Origin: Podarcis filfolensis
Taxonomy: Eukaryota
Assembly: GCA_964270895.1 (NCBI GenBank)
Contig: OZ185440.1
Strand: one strand, 5' to 3'
Length of the DNA stretch: 64,000 nt
Position numbers and translations under genes: made by a program
Part shown: positions 23,601 through 35,300 of the stretch, piece by piece
How the letters are laid out: every line of letters starts with the position of its first letter
Position numbering within the stretch: the stretch's first letter is position 1
Notes under the pieces: model-generated
What the model saw: the letters and a program-made list of their open reading frames with translations, nothing else
What the model was told of the DNA's origin: nothing
The model's database searches: none

Positions 23601-26368
23601 GTAAGTGAAAACATGGCGGGGAGGCTGGTGACTTCAGCAGCATCACTGCCAGGAAACCCAAGCAGTGTTGGGTGCTTGGGGCAGGGAGGTAAGTGTTGAC
23701 TCCAGCACACTCTCAACTGGTGCAGGTCGCAGCATATATGCTCTAGTTGTTGGAATATTTTCTACCTCATGCAAGAATTGTTTTGTGGGGCTTGGTGATT
23801 GGTACACTGAACATGCCAGGTCTTACACACATCGATATTTAAACTCAGTGTTACCTTTGTCTTCTGCTGCCTCTGCCTGCCGTTCTTTCAGTGCACTATG
23901 TCAGCTCCGAACTTGAAGCAGTCACTCTGCTCCAGCATGGTGTCTCCACACTGATTCGAGGAATGTGCCTTGTGAAGGCATGCGCCTTGCTCCTTCCTCT
24001 GTCTCTTTCTCACTGTCTCCAGAAGTGTCTGCTAGCCCACTTGCCGGCCTTCCTCTTATCAGGCTTGCTGGTAAAGGTGCATGCATTGCTGTTTCTCTTC
24101 CTGCCTTCCTCTTATGCCAGGACTGGGGGTGGGGGTGGGGTTGTGGGCCTTGGTGCTCACTTGGAATGCTAGACATGCAAGTTTTGCCTCGTGCTCACAT
24201 CAGCCCTTTCTTCTTCAGCTTTCCACTTCCTGTGACTTTGGTGCAAGGGCACCTCTACACCCACAAAACCACAGGGGACAGGCATGACACCTCTTTTTTA
24301 TATATATAAAAAAGAACCACCACCCTCGGTTTGGCAGGCTTCATCCCCTCAGAATAGACTACAATGGAAATGTCATCCAATTCTGCCAAAATATAGGTCT
24401 TCTTGATTTTCCCCTTGTAGTCAATGGGGAAGACATCGGGTGCTTCGGAAAATGAGGCGAGGCGACCCTCTGCCTTGGATCCGAGGCGAACTGCGATGTT
24501 AAGCCAAGCCACCAAGCCGAGGCAACCCCCAGTCCGAGCCAATGAGAGGTGGGTTCCAAGGCCATTTTTTTTTCTTGTGCACAGCCCTAGTCATGAGGTA
24601 TGCATTTTAAATCTCATGGCAGTTTTGGGCAAAACTTTTATAACTGCATTTCTTCCCACTCATTCATACTTCATGGCTCCAGAATATTGCTTGAAGGACG
24701 ATTGATAGCACAAGTAAGTACATGAGAGGAGTTGTCAAGCTTCCGGTTTCCTTGCGCCACCATTTGAGCTTTCTGTCTAAAGACATACAGATTGGTGCTG
24801 GACTGGGCAGGAATTTGCCTTTTCAGGCAGCTCCTTTGACATGCCATCCCTTTTTTGGACATCTGCTATAAAGAAGTGCTGTTTTCTGGCGATCATGTTT
24901 TTCTGGTAAAGGCAGAGGCAGCATCTTGTGCTTCCCTGGTGACCTGAAAATATTAAGCTGGCTTCACTGTACTATATAGGTTTACACAATATGCAAATAC
25001 TTCTGCTCCCAAAATGTGTCTGTTCTTTTGTCTGCCCCCTGGTGCTTATTTCCCTAGAACCTAACTTCATTTCTTGGTGGTGGTGGTGGGGAGAAATGTT
25101 TCTGCTTCAAGAACAGGAGCTGCTGCATCCCTGAAACCATAGTAGTGATGAAAGCCATTTCCTGCCTTGCTGGAGATGGTTCCAATTTATGTCCTTTATG
25201 TTTTTACTGAGTGTGATAATCCTTTGAAGTCAAGATCTGTTTCGACTTGGGGGGGGGGGGAGAGTTTCAAAAGCGGAAATTGCACTCCATCTTACAGCAT
25301 GATCCTCAGTTGCGGGGGATGGGTTGCACCATTGGCCTCTCTAGAGGTCTTATTAAAATGTAATTATTTGAAAGCTCTTAAAGAATTAAAATGAGAACGC
25401 AGAGGGGCAAACGCAACACCACCTTGAATTCAGCTACAGAAAATAGCTATACTGTACCTTGTTCTGAAGGATGGTGTGACTAGCAACAACAACAAAAAAC
25501 CCTCCTAAAAATGTACTTGTAAGAAGAACAATGTTGTTGTGATACATGTAACCAATATGCAGTAGTTAACAGGATTTTATCCTTCAGGTGTGATTGCTGA
25601 AGTGTTTGGCTCTGGAAACCCTAAAGCAGCAGTACTGATTTATGTGAGGTGGTGAAACTATGAAAATCCTCGATAACCTTATTTACTATTTTTCTTCTGA
25701 ACTACCTTTTCTAAATAAATGTAGTGCCCTTGAGTGGTCCGTCAACTTTGGGTGTGCTGCCGTAATATTACAGGCCATTTTCAGCATGTCTGCTTCTCTC
25801 GAATGACATCCATTTCATGCATTACATGCCTTATCTGTCCACAACTTCTTTTTATAGCCAAAGTCACCTTGAGTTGACAAAGCAAATATGCACGCATCCT
25901 GCCTCAATCCCTCTTGTGCTGTGGTTGCATTTTGGCTTACTCCTTGTCCAGGAACTGCTTTTTCAATTTACATTCTTTCCCTGCTGTACAGTCACCTCTT
26001 TTCTTGCTGTCAGCAACTCACTTGGAGGAAGGAAGGTAAAAAACTGAGTTTGACACTGAAGCAGTGTCGTTAGGCTCTCTGGGCTGCTTGATCGCTTTGC
26101 GACTTGGCTGAACAGAGACACAGCTCAGCTATATCAGCTTAATCAGCTGGAATGTTCAGCAATTAAGCCTTTTAAATTATTGACAGGTTGGACTTTATCA
26201 TTTTTAGTAGTGAAACCTTTGATGCAGAATTCAGTTTCTTTTCTGGCCCGGCTGCCGCATTTATGATCTGTCCTCCTATGCAATAAAATTATTGTGAGCT
26301 TCTGAAGGACTAAATTAATGAAGCATAAACCAGACACACCAGCATTAGGATTTCCTAATAGTCACAGC

Positions 26369-26422
<54 letters not shown>
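26369..26422. repeat. (AAT)18 microsatellite
   Basis: Direct reading; abuts a reverse-oriented retroelement 3' end. Confidence 0.97.
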
Positions 26423-26484
26423 TTATTATTTGTACCCCGCCCATCTGGCTGGGTTTCCCCAGCCACTCTGGGCGGCTTCCAACA
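26423..26484 (-). mobile_element. L2-like retroelement 3' end (5'-truncated)
   Basis: Reverse complement TGTTGGAAGCCGCCCAGAGTGGCTGGGGAAACCCAGCCAGATGGGCGGGGTACAAATAATAAA followed by the (ATT)n tail. Confidence 0.7.
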
Positions 26485-28189
26485 AAGATGAAAAATACAC
26501 TAAAATGTATTTAGATGGGCAGGATAAGGATACTGTGTTGTGTGTCCCTCACAAAAATGTTTGCAGAGTTTGCTAACCTTTTCGTGTTTTTGTCTTATGG
26601 GCTTAGTGCCCTGTACTTTAAAAAAATAAAATAAAATGACTCTCACAGTTGAAAATTAAGTAAATTATATCCAGATATCTGTTTAGCCAAACAGTTATGG
26701 AGAGCTTTTGGTTGGAGCCTGGATTTAGTCAGTAAATCACTATGCTTCAGTCAATGAAGAAGAGAAGAGTAGAATGGAATGCAAGTTAATGGAATATATT
26801 TGCTTCTGCAGAAAATTCTAGGTTGCTGTACCACAACCATCCCGGAAGTAACAAAAGGATGCTGTTCCATTGGATTTGTGTTGCCTTTTCTGCAAATTGT
26901 TGTCACATGGATGTTGTATCTCATATTTTGAGATTATGTCAAGATTATTCCCCATCCTACTGGCCCAGTAAAACTTTCTGTAGGGTGTTTATATCCTCAG
27001 TTATATCTTCATCATTGTGTTTTCTTCACTGTCTTACAAAGGCATTTACGTCATGTCTCAAGTAGACAGATTCAACGGCTCAGTTATACCTTTGAATGAA
27101 CACACAAAATAATATTCCAACAGAATCCCTACACCTTTCACGTCCTGCCCATGTTGTTTTATTATTACACCATATTGAAAGTGAAATGCATTAGACATTT
27201 CTTTATTTAGAAAATTGGGTCCTTTTAGAGTCTGCATTGGAAACCCTTCTGAAGCAATTGCCTTTGATGCTATAAAAGCAATTTCAAAGCACTTAATTGT
27301 CTGTATACTTGGCCTTTAGTGTTCATACAAGATTTTAGTCCTATTTATCCTAATTTATGTGCCATGAACACATAAATTAACACTTGTGTTTCATGCCAGT
27401 TTGGGACAGTTAGGCATGCTGACCATTTTTTCCATACGCATATATGAAAAAGTGTGTGCTTGTATTTAGAGGGGTGTTTTTGAAGATTCTGCATCAATGG
27501 TGTTTAGTGTAAAGCTACTGTTTGGCTAAATTGTGGAGCACAAATTCAGCACGGGGACACTTACAGACTGCACAGGCTATAAGAGTTGTGTATTGTGACA
27601 GTATTCAGCATTGTACAAACCAGTTTCCCTTTCCACTGCAAATACTACCACATGTTGTAAAGTGAAGGCTAGCATTAGACTCATTTTAAAGCAATTTACT
27701 TCAGCTGCTACAACTATCCCCTTTTGCTATGCAAAGCCACTTTGGCTGGGATGTGGGTCATATAAAGCTTTTATAAAGATACTTAACTGCCCTATTGGTG
27801 CTCTTCCAACCAGCATTAGTCATCTGTCAGTACCTTGCAAAAGGACTTTAAAAGTGCTGTGCGCAAGGTTTTCCTGATGTGGTTTTCAGCCATGGTGAAG
27901 TTTCTCACTCCATTTAAGAGCTATAATTTTTCACCTTTATGGTGTTTCGTTAAATTTGAAACTTAGTTAGGTTCAAGCCTTAAGAGAATGAACAGCATTC
28001 TCTGTCGTTTCTTTTTTGGTTGGTCTAGTGCTTTAGTATGTTGTCCAGCTTCTTCTGTGCTTTCACTGCTCTCCACCTCTCGTTGCTGCTCTTCTTTTTT
28101 TTCTTGCTTGCCAATTGAATTCATGTTTCTGTGCTGTTTTATATTCTCTGTTTTGTCTTTGTCTATCTCCTCCATGTCTCACTTTGCAG

Positions 28190-28324
28190 AACCTTCACCA
28201 GCTCAAACAGATTCACACTTTGAGGCAGATGAATGAGCAGCTGCTGGCCGAAAACAGGGCTTTGACCCGGGTTGTAGCCAGGCTCTCGCAATCCGCTGAG
28301 ACCCCAGAGTCAGAAGAGCTATAG
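28190..28324 (+). CDS. PPP1R12B: PPP1R12B alternative C-terminal exon ([44 protein letters not shown])
   Basis: TTTGCAG acceptor after a very long pyrimidine tract, in frame with MEEEMK. Closely matches the recalled mammalian alternative C-terminus [33 protein letters not shown]. Confidence 0.9.
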   Translation, partial: NLHQLKQIHTLRQMNEQLLAENRALTRVVARLSQSAETPESEEL

Positions 28325-28973
28325 CATCTCCCCCTCCAGTTGATCTCTCCTCTCCTTCCAATCTTCCAGGCAGGTCTTTGCTCTTATTGTCTGACTGAGC
28401 TATTCCCTACCCTTTCTACATTCTTCCTAAATGTGGCAGATAAGGAGCGTGACACGCAAATAGCAGTATGGAAGTCACTGCCTGTTCATATACTAAACTT
28501 TGCATTTCTAATGCGTACAAGGTACTTCAGTCACTTCTTTTCAGGTATACATTTCCCCCATATGGGTTCTGCATCTCAGGATGATCACCGGCCTAATAAT
28601 AGTTTCGTTCAGGCTTTATTTTGCCTTTTTAAAGCGTTGTTGCGTAAGCACTGGATGAATGAAAGAGGCAGAACAAACACACAAAAATCCAGCCACCTGG
28701 TTTCCATGACTGTGAAAAAGAATAATGCAGTTCTGAAGGTAAATGTAGGATATCATTAATACTAACAAAATATATGTAAGTGATCAGAACTGGGACATAC
28801 GGCTCAGTGTTAAAGATGGGTTTGTATTGAATATTTTTATGAAATGGTGCAGTATCTGGTGTGAGCTAACACCGATGTAATCCAGCAATGTTAAAAAAAA
28901 CACAGTTTTGTCATTGGGGAGGTAGGTTGTATTTTAGCTGTGGTTTTGTAAGGATCTAAAGCTTTTAGACGGC

Positions 28974-29325
28974 GGGACACGGGTGGCGCTGTGGGTTAAA
29001 CCACAGAGCCTAGGACTTGCCTATCAGAAGGTCGGTGGTTCGAATCCCCGTGATGGGGTGAGCTCCCGTTGCTCGGTCCCTGCTCCTCCCCACCTAGCAG
29101 TTCAAAAGCACGTCAAAGTGCAAGTAGATAAATAGGTACCACTCCGGCGGGAAGGTAAACGGCGCTTCCGTGCGCTGCTCTGGTTCGCCAGAAGCAGCTT
29201 AGTCATGCTGGCCACGTGACCCGGAAGCTGTACGCCGGCTCCCTTGGCCAATAAAGTGAGATGAGCACCACAACCCCAAAGTCGGTCACGACTGGACCTA
29301 ATGGTCAGGGGTCCCTTTACCTTTT
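28974..29325 (+). mobile_element. Full-length Sauria SINE (Squam1-type)
   Basis: Head GGGACACGGGTGGCGCTGTGGG...GGTTCGAATCCCC, tail ...GACTGGACCTAATGGTCAGGGGTCCCTTTACCTTT, 10-bp TSD TAAAGCTTTT (28957-28966 / 29326-29335). Confidence 0.93.
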
Positions 29326-32283
29326 TAAAGCTTTTCTGCTAATTGTGCATGTAAGTTGTGAGAGAGAAAGTACCGGAAACTGCAAAACAAAGATCCAAGT
29401 CCTCATGTTTGTTTATTTATTTCAAAATTTTCATAACACACAGATAACTGTCCCCCCCCAAAAAAATACTAAATATGGGGGGGCAGCAAATTAAAGAACA
29501 TGCAGCATTTTTATTTAATGAAAGCCATTTTTGAATAGTAAAGCTTATAAATGATACGTGTTCATCAGAAAAAGTAGGTATAGATGTGTTTTTTTTAAGG
29601 ACTAGATAGCTTCATGGAAGATATGAGTATTGATGTTTTTGTCAGAGGTCAGGCTTACGTGAGTGGGGAAAAAATTGAGTGGCCCCCAGTCAATGCCTCA
29701 GGTTTTCTCAACACTATAAAGATTCTACCCAGTTAGAATGGCTTTTTGCAAAGCACACATGAACAAAATAAAACCAATTGTTTTGTTATAATGTTCTTTA
29801 CTGATGCTTTGAGCTCTCCTGAAGCTTTTAAGTTGCACAGGGTGTTTGTTTTATGTGCTCGGTTTCTTATAGGTTGGCATGCTACGCTTGCTACGTATAG
29901 CAGCTCTAATGCAAAAGTGTAAGTCTTTTTCTCTTGAGAACTTGCTTCAGTGAAGCAACAAAGCAAAGATTTGGTCCTTTGATACTTTCTCCCTGTATGT
30001 TGCAATTCATCTGACTGAAATATCACTATAAGGTACCATGTTTCTTTGCAGATGCTAAACATTACAGGGACATACCATTCAGGCACTTTGTCTTCTATTT
30101 CACAGTTGTATTACTTAATATACCTGGGATCTACATTTGTACTGTACATGCAGAAAAGTGCTTTTCTGGGTATTCATGGAAACACCACTAAAGCTCGTTG
30201 ATTCCCCCCATACATATATTTTCATAGCTTGTGTTTAGTGTGAATGTTTTTAATGGCTATCATGTAGTGAATCCTGCATAATAGTTTTGGGGAACACCAG
30301 ATGTGTTGTGTAGTAAATTACACATTAATCTTTTTGTCCCCCTTGCCCTAGTTAGACCAGTCATCTCTTATGTTTGGGCTAATTTGCTTTGAAGGAACTA
30401 CTGAAGGATGCCATTGGACGGATGGTAGAACTTGTTCTGACACCCCATGTTTTGTTAATAATCTCACTTGGGCCTTGCTTTCCTATTATAAAATGAAAAT
30501 AATGGTTGTACTTGTCAAAGTTGCTTGAGACATTCTAGAAAGTGTATGTCTGACTGTTGTTTGCAGGCTCATTCTATAACTACCTATATAACATTAACTA
30601 TTCACACCATCGTGTGAAGCTCAGGATGAAACTATGAAGTTCAGCTATCATTTTCATACCGGAAACCTATTTGCATATTCAGGCCCCACAAAGAGAAAAG
30701 TGGAATGCTGATTTTATAAATCCAATACCATTCCAATCTCTGCTTGCAATTTTTGGCGATTTTCAAGCAAATATTAAAGAACTCTGATAACCTGGGATGA
30801 AATACCTCACCATTTGGTTTTGTTGCTACTGAATGGTCAAATAAATGTGACTACATCTGTTGCAAAATGTCCTAAATTTGCAGCATCTCAGTTACCTGTA
30901 TGAAATCATAAAGTTTGTTCCTCCAGTATTGACAGTAAATCTGTGGTGGTTGCCTTTCTAAATATTCAGAATGCCAAGTACTGTATAAAAATTGAAACAC
31001 TGAACAGGATTTGGGATTGTACCTCTTTACCCTTCTCATTGCTAGGCTAGGTCAAAGGTTCACCACGTTGGCATGGATGGAGGAGAGTTTGTGTACTTCT
31101 TATCCTATCCTGTGTCAAAATAGCAAGGTCAGCAAGCTGTCAGTCATGTATTCCCATTAGCAACAGGCTCCCAATAAGTCTGTGTGCAGAAAGGTGCACA
31201 TAACATAGCCCACCTCCCCCTTCTGCCATGGTTGGAGTGTCCTTTGTGGCTTTATCTTGACCTAGTCTCTTCTCCCTGGGCTAGAGGTTGGGCATCGTTT
31301 CAATATCCCTGATCAGGCCAAGCACCTGGTCATTTATTTCAACAGAGGCCAACCTCTAGGAATTCCTGGGAGCTTGAGGGGCTGGCAAAATGCTCAGGAG
31401 TCTGGAAAGCAAGCTGTCATAATTAACCATGTGCTGCATACCTCAATTAGTAAAGGCATAAGAATTCCAGACTTAAGCCATGGCCCAAAATAGATCACTC
31501 TTGGTTGTCCTTGCCCGAAATCACTTAGCATTTCTGGGCACCCAGTACTAACCCTTACTTTTAATGCAATATATAAATATATTGCATTAAAACAAAACTT
31601 TTATCTCGTAAATTAGTTGTTAATCAAAGAGATATTTTATTTTATTTAAAGAGCCCAGTTTTGGTCTATAATCTACTGTATATTTTGATTAGTTGTTCCT
31701 GAGATCAAGAAAAGTAGGCTTTCATCTACATTGAGATGCAACTGGATGCCAACCCTAAGTTTTCTGAAAGTATGCAACTTTCCCTTCTGAGTTTAAAAGT
31801 GAGAGATTTATTTTGCATGGGATTTATCCAGGTGTGAAGGAACAATGCTACAAGGCAAGTGCATTTCCCAAAGTGAAGTAAAGCGAAAGAGTGCAAGTAG
31901 CATTGTCCAGGATGAAATGCCTTTCAAGTTGTTCTAGATTGCAATTGTTCTCCAAAATGTACTTCTTTCTCATAATATTTCTGGGTATAATTTCCTGGGC
32001 TTACAAATGTCCACGAGTGTAACGTCTAATCTAACATACTCAAGTAGATGCTACTCTGTATATGTGAGAATGGAAGAGTCAAATTCATGTTTAATCTTAG
32101 AGATATGAATATGAAACTGATACACTTCGTTGGTGTGGCTTAGTTGCTTTTGAGATCAAATCCATTTTCGATTAACACTAGAAATGCTTTCGTTTGAGTG
32201 GTCGTGTGTTTCTCCCCCACCAGAGCTGCATAGGAATTTCAGGACAACCAATACTGAATTGTTTGGATCTTGTCTTTGAACAG

Positions 32284-32370
32284 GTTTTGACAGAACTGAA
32301 GTCCGACAATCAGCGGCTGAAAGATGAGAATGGAGCCCTCATCCGTGTCATCAGTAAACTCTCGAAGTAG
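32284..32370 (+). CDS. PPP1R12B: PPP1R12B terminal exon, leucine zipper ([28 protein letters not shown])
   Basis: AACAG|GTTTTG acceptor; canonical MYPT C-terminal leucine zipper; TAG at 32368-32370. Gives a 186-aa sm-M20. Confidence 0.98.
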   Translation, partial: VLTELKSDNQRLKDENGALIRVISKLSK

Positions 32371-35300
32371 TATATTGAACATAGGATGGGCAGAAAGAGG
32401 AGATATTTGTGCACATGCTGCCAACCCTGCCACCTGCTTCTGATCTTCCAGTTGAAAGAGCAGCTGGCATTTCAGACACGGATCAGCTAGCCCCACCCTT
32501 CACTGCTCTTTGCACCTTGCTAGGCATTCCCATATTGCACAGTGCTTATCCTTCCCCCCCAACACAGCATGCCCCGCCATGTTTTAATATTTTTGGAATG
32601 TTGAAGTAACTCATTTGAAGGGACAAAAGACTGGGTTGGCGCTGTCTGAGCTGCCCAAACGATCTGCTGTAAGCTCCATATCCGTCCACCATAATCTGAT
32701 GTAAAGAAGAATCTACTGTAATAAGTGATATAGAAGTGACTCCATAGCGTTGACCCAACATGTCTTAAGATACTGTCTTGGAGTAGGAATAATGAGTGAA
32801 ACTAGGAATTGCCACTGAGGATTTATCAATCTCCATTCTGGAATTTGGAAGTCTGCGGTGCTGGTGAAAGCCATGATGACTTATTTCTCTGGGAGTCTGA
32901 CAACAGTCACTTGGCTTGGAGATTCGTGTTTTCCATGTGTCTCAGTAGCTAACTGATTTATTTAATGTAAGATTTTTGATAATTTAATTTGGGGATCCAA
33001 TCACTGGTTCTCCTTTCTGTTTTGCTTCACTTTTGCCTGCTACCCTTTGGTGGTTCTTGCTGTTTTTTCCATGGGTGCCTTCTTTGGTACTGTTTAATAA
33101 TAACGTGATCTTACAGCCTCTGCATTCTTTGGCTAACAGTTTGCCCCTTGATTTTTCAAGACTTCTGGTGGAAAGAGAGCTAACCAGCGAAAAGTGCTTA
33201 TTGAATGAAATCCCATAGACACAATGCCAAAATACTTCTTTATTAGCAAGATGTTTGGTTTTTCTACATGAAAAACCTCACAAAAGACCTGGGCAAACAA
33301 ATCACATTTATGTTAACTTGCCAATAGATACGCATTCCGTTGAATAGGTGAGTGTTCTCAGTTTTAACAACAGCAAGGTTTGAGAGATGATGGATAGATG
33401 TGCCTATCCCTGTGGAAAATGATGAGCCTCAATCTTGGTGGAAAGTCTTTGCAGTAGCATTCTATGATGTCTGAGAATTCTGATACCATGATCATTTGCG
33501 CAGTTGTAAGACATGAATTTGCATTTAATGAGGGCATCAACAGCAGGACCTACATTTCTCAAAAAGCCATTTCTCTGCATACTGGAAATGAACGAATTCA
33601 TATTTATGGGTTATCATGATGTAACTAATTTGCACGCTCTGTTCTTCTGGATACTACAGAGAACCAGATTTCATCTGCAGAACCTGTTAAGGAGTTTCCT
33701 GTCAAAATGGCAACTTGTCTGTGGACTTGCTCTGTTCTTTCCCTGCATTCTTTTAATTCTCACAATTATTTAAAATAAGGAACTTTGGGATCTGAGAATA
33801 ACTACTCTTGAAAGCATACAAGTGAGCAGTAGAAATTCAGACATTTCATTCAGCATTTATCAGAGGGGGAAGATGCTTTTTTGATCAGTTATGGATCAGC
33901 TCTGAGATGAAGACAGAATTGTGCAGAGACTCAGCAAGACTTCTTCCTTTCTTACCCCCAGGCACTCTCAGAATCTCCAGAGGGCCCCCCCCCACAACCC
34001 TTGAGCACGTTTGAGGGCATACCAGGGACTTCAGAAGGAAGGAGAGGACGTTGAAGTCCCATTGCACGATTAGAAATCTGTTTCACTCAAATATAGAGAC
34101 TCCATATGTTTGCACTCCGTTTCGGAGTAGAACTGTATGAATTCAGTTAATAACCAGTGGATATCATCTTTGCATAGAAGCATCTCAAAAGACTAATTCA
34201 GGCTTCTACTATGGTGAACATAGCGTGTCCCTTTGAACAGAAACAAGGTAAACTCTGAGTTCCTAGCAAACTATTGCTTAAAAAAAGAAGCACCAGAAAT
34301 ATTTTCTGACATTATGTTTCATTTTAAGAACAGCAGATAGTCAGGATTCTGGATGGGTCAGATAAAATATCTGGTACAACCTCTTATACTCTACTAATTT
34401 TATTTGTTGCTTTTCTTACATCCAGTGCTTTTCTTCAACAGTTACCTTCCTACCAACCTTGTTTCAGAGCTAGAGAGGCTTGTGGGGGTTGTTTTATACT
34501 GGCCACAACATGCACTGATCTCTGTGAGTGGTATCTTCCAGCTCAAGCATTCTAGCTCACCAGTCTAGCTGATTTTACACCGGTGAGAGTATTTGGCTGA
34601 ACTTTTTCAGACTCTGCCATTTAACAGCACAGAAGGAGCAGGCATCTGGTGCTTATGGTCCATTCTATAATGATCCCTACATTCTCCTGTTGTCAGTTCT
34701 CACTTAGCATACAGTAGGTTAAGCATATTTCACAGTTTCAATGTGCGGACTTTAAAAGACACAGACTATGGTGGCTAATGCAGCAAGGATGGCTTGCCTG
34801 TGGCCCTGCAGAAGTTGGAGGGCTCCAGTTCCCCCCAGCCCCAAACAACATGGCCAGGGATGGTGGGAGTTGGACTCCAGCAGCATCTGAAGGACCACAG
34901 ATGGCCACATTGATACAGCATGAAGGATGGTGACCTATGAAGTTGAGCCTTTTTAACGTTGGGATTTGATATTTAAACTTGAATTCTGTCCAGCCTGAAA
35001 TTACGTGAGCTAATTAATCCTGTTGACAAGCCAAAACACTATGATATCTAGTGCTACTGAAAGTTACTTAAGCAGGTTATTTTGGGGGGTCACCAATATC
35101 AGTGTTGTCCTCTAAGTATCCTGTGTCTTGACATTCTGGGCTTCGTGTCATGTAAAAGATAATCAAATTTTTACTTATTTTAATACATAGCTTTGTCTTC
35201 CTTAGTAAGGCTTCCCTAAACCAATCACCTGAGAACCCATTTTTATTCCAGTATTAAAGTTAACACTGGCCTGGATTGGACAACCATCTCATCTTAAAAA

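Noticed and set aside
25144-25210. C/D-box snoRNA-like pair GTGATGA ... CTGA
   Set aside because: Only a weak 4-bp terminal stem and no recognisable rRNA/snRNA antisense element before the D box.
27545-27560. REST/NRSE-like TTCAGCACGGGGACAC
   Set aside because: Spacer one base short and right half degenerate; far from the SYT2 promoter.
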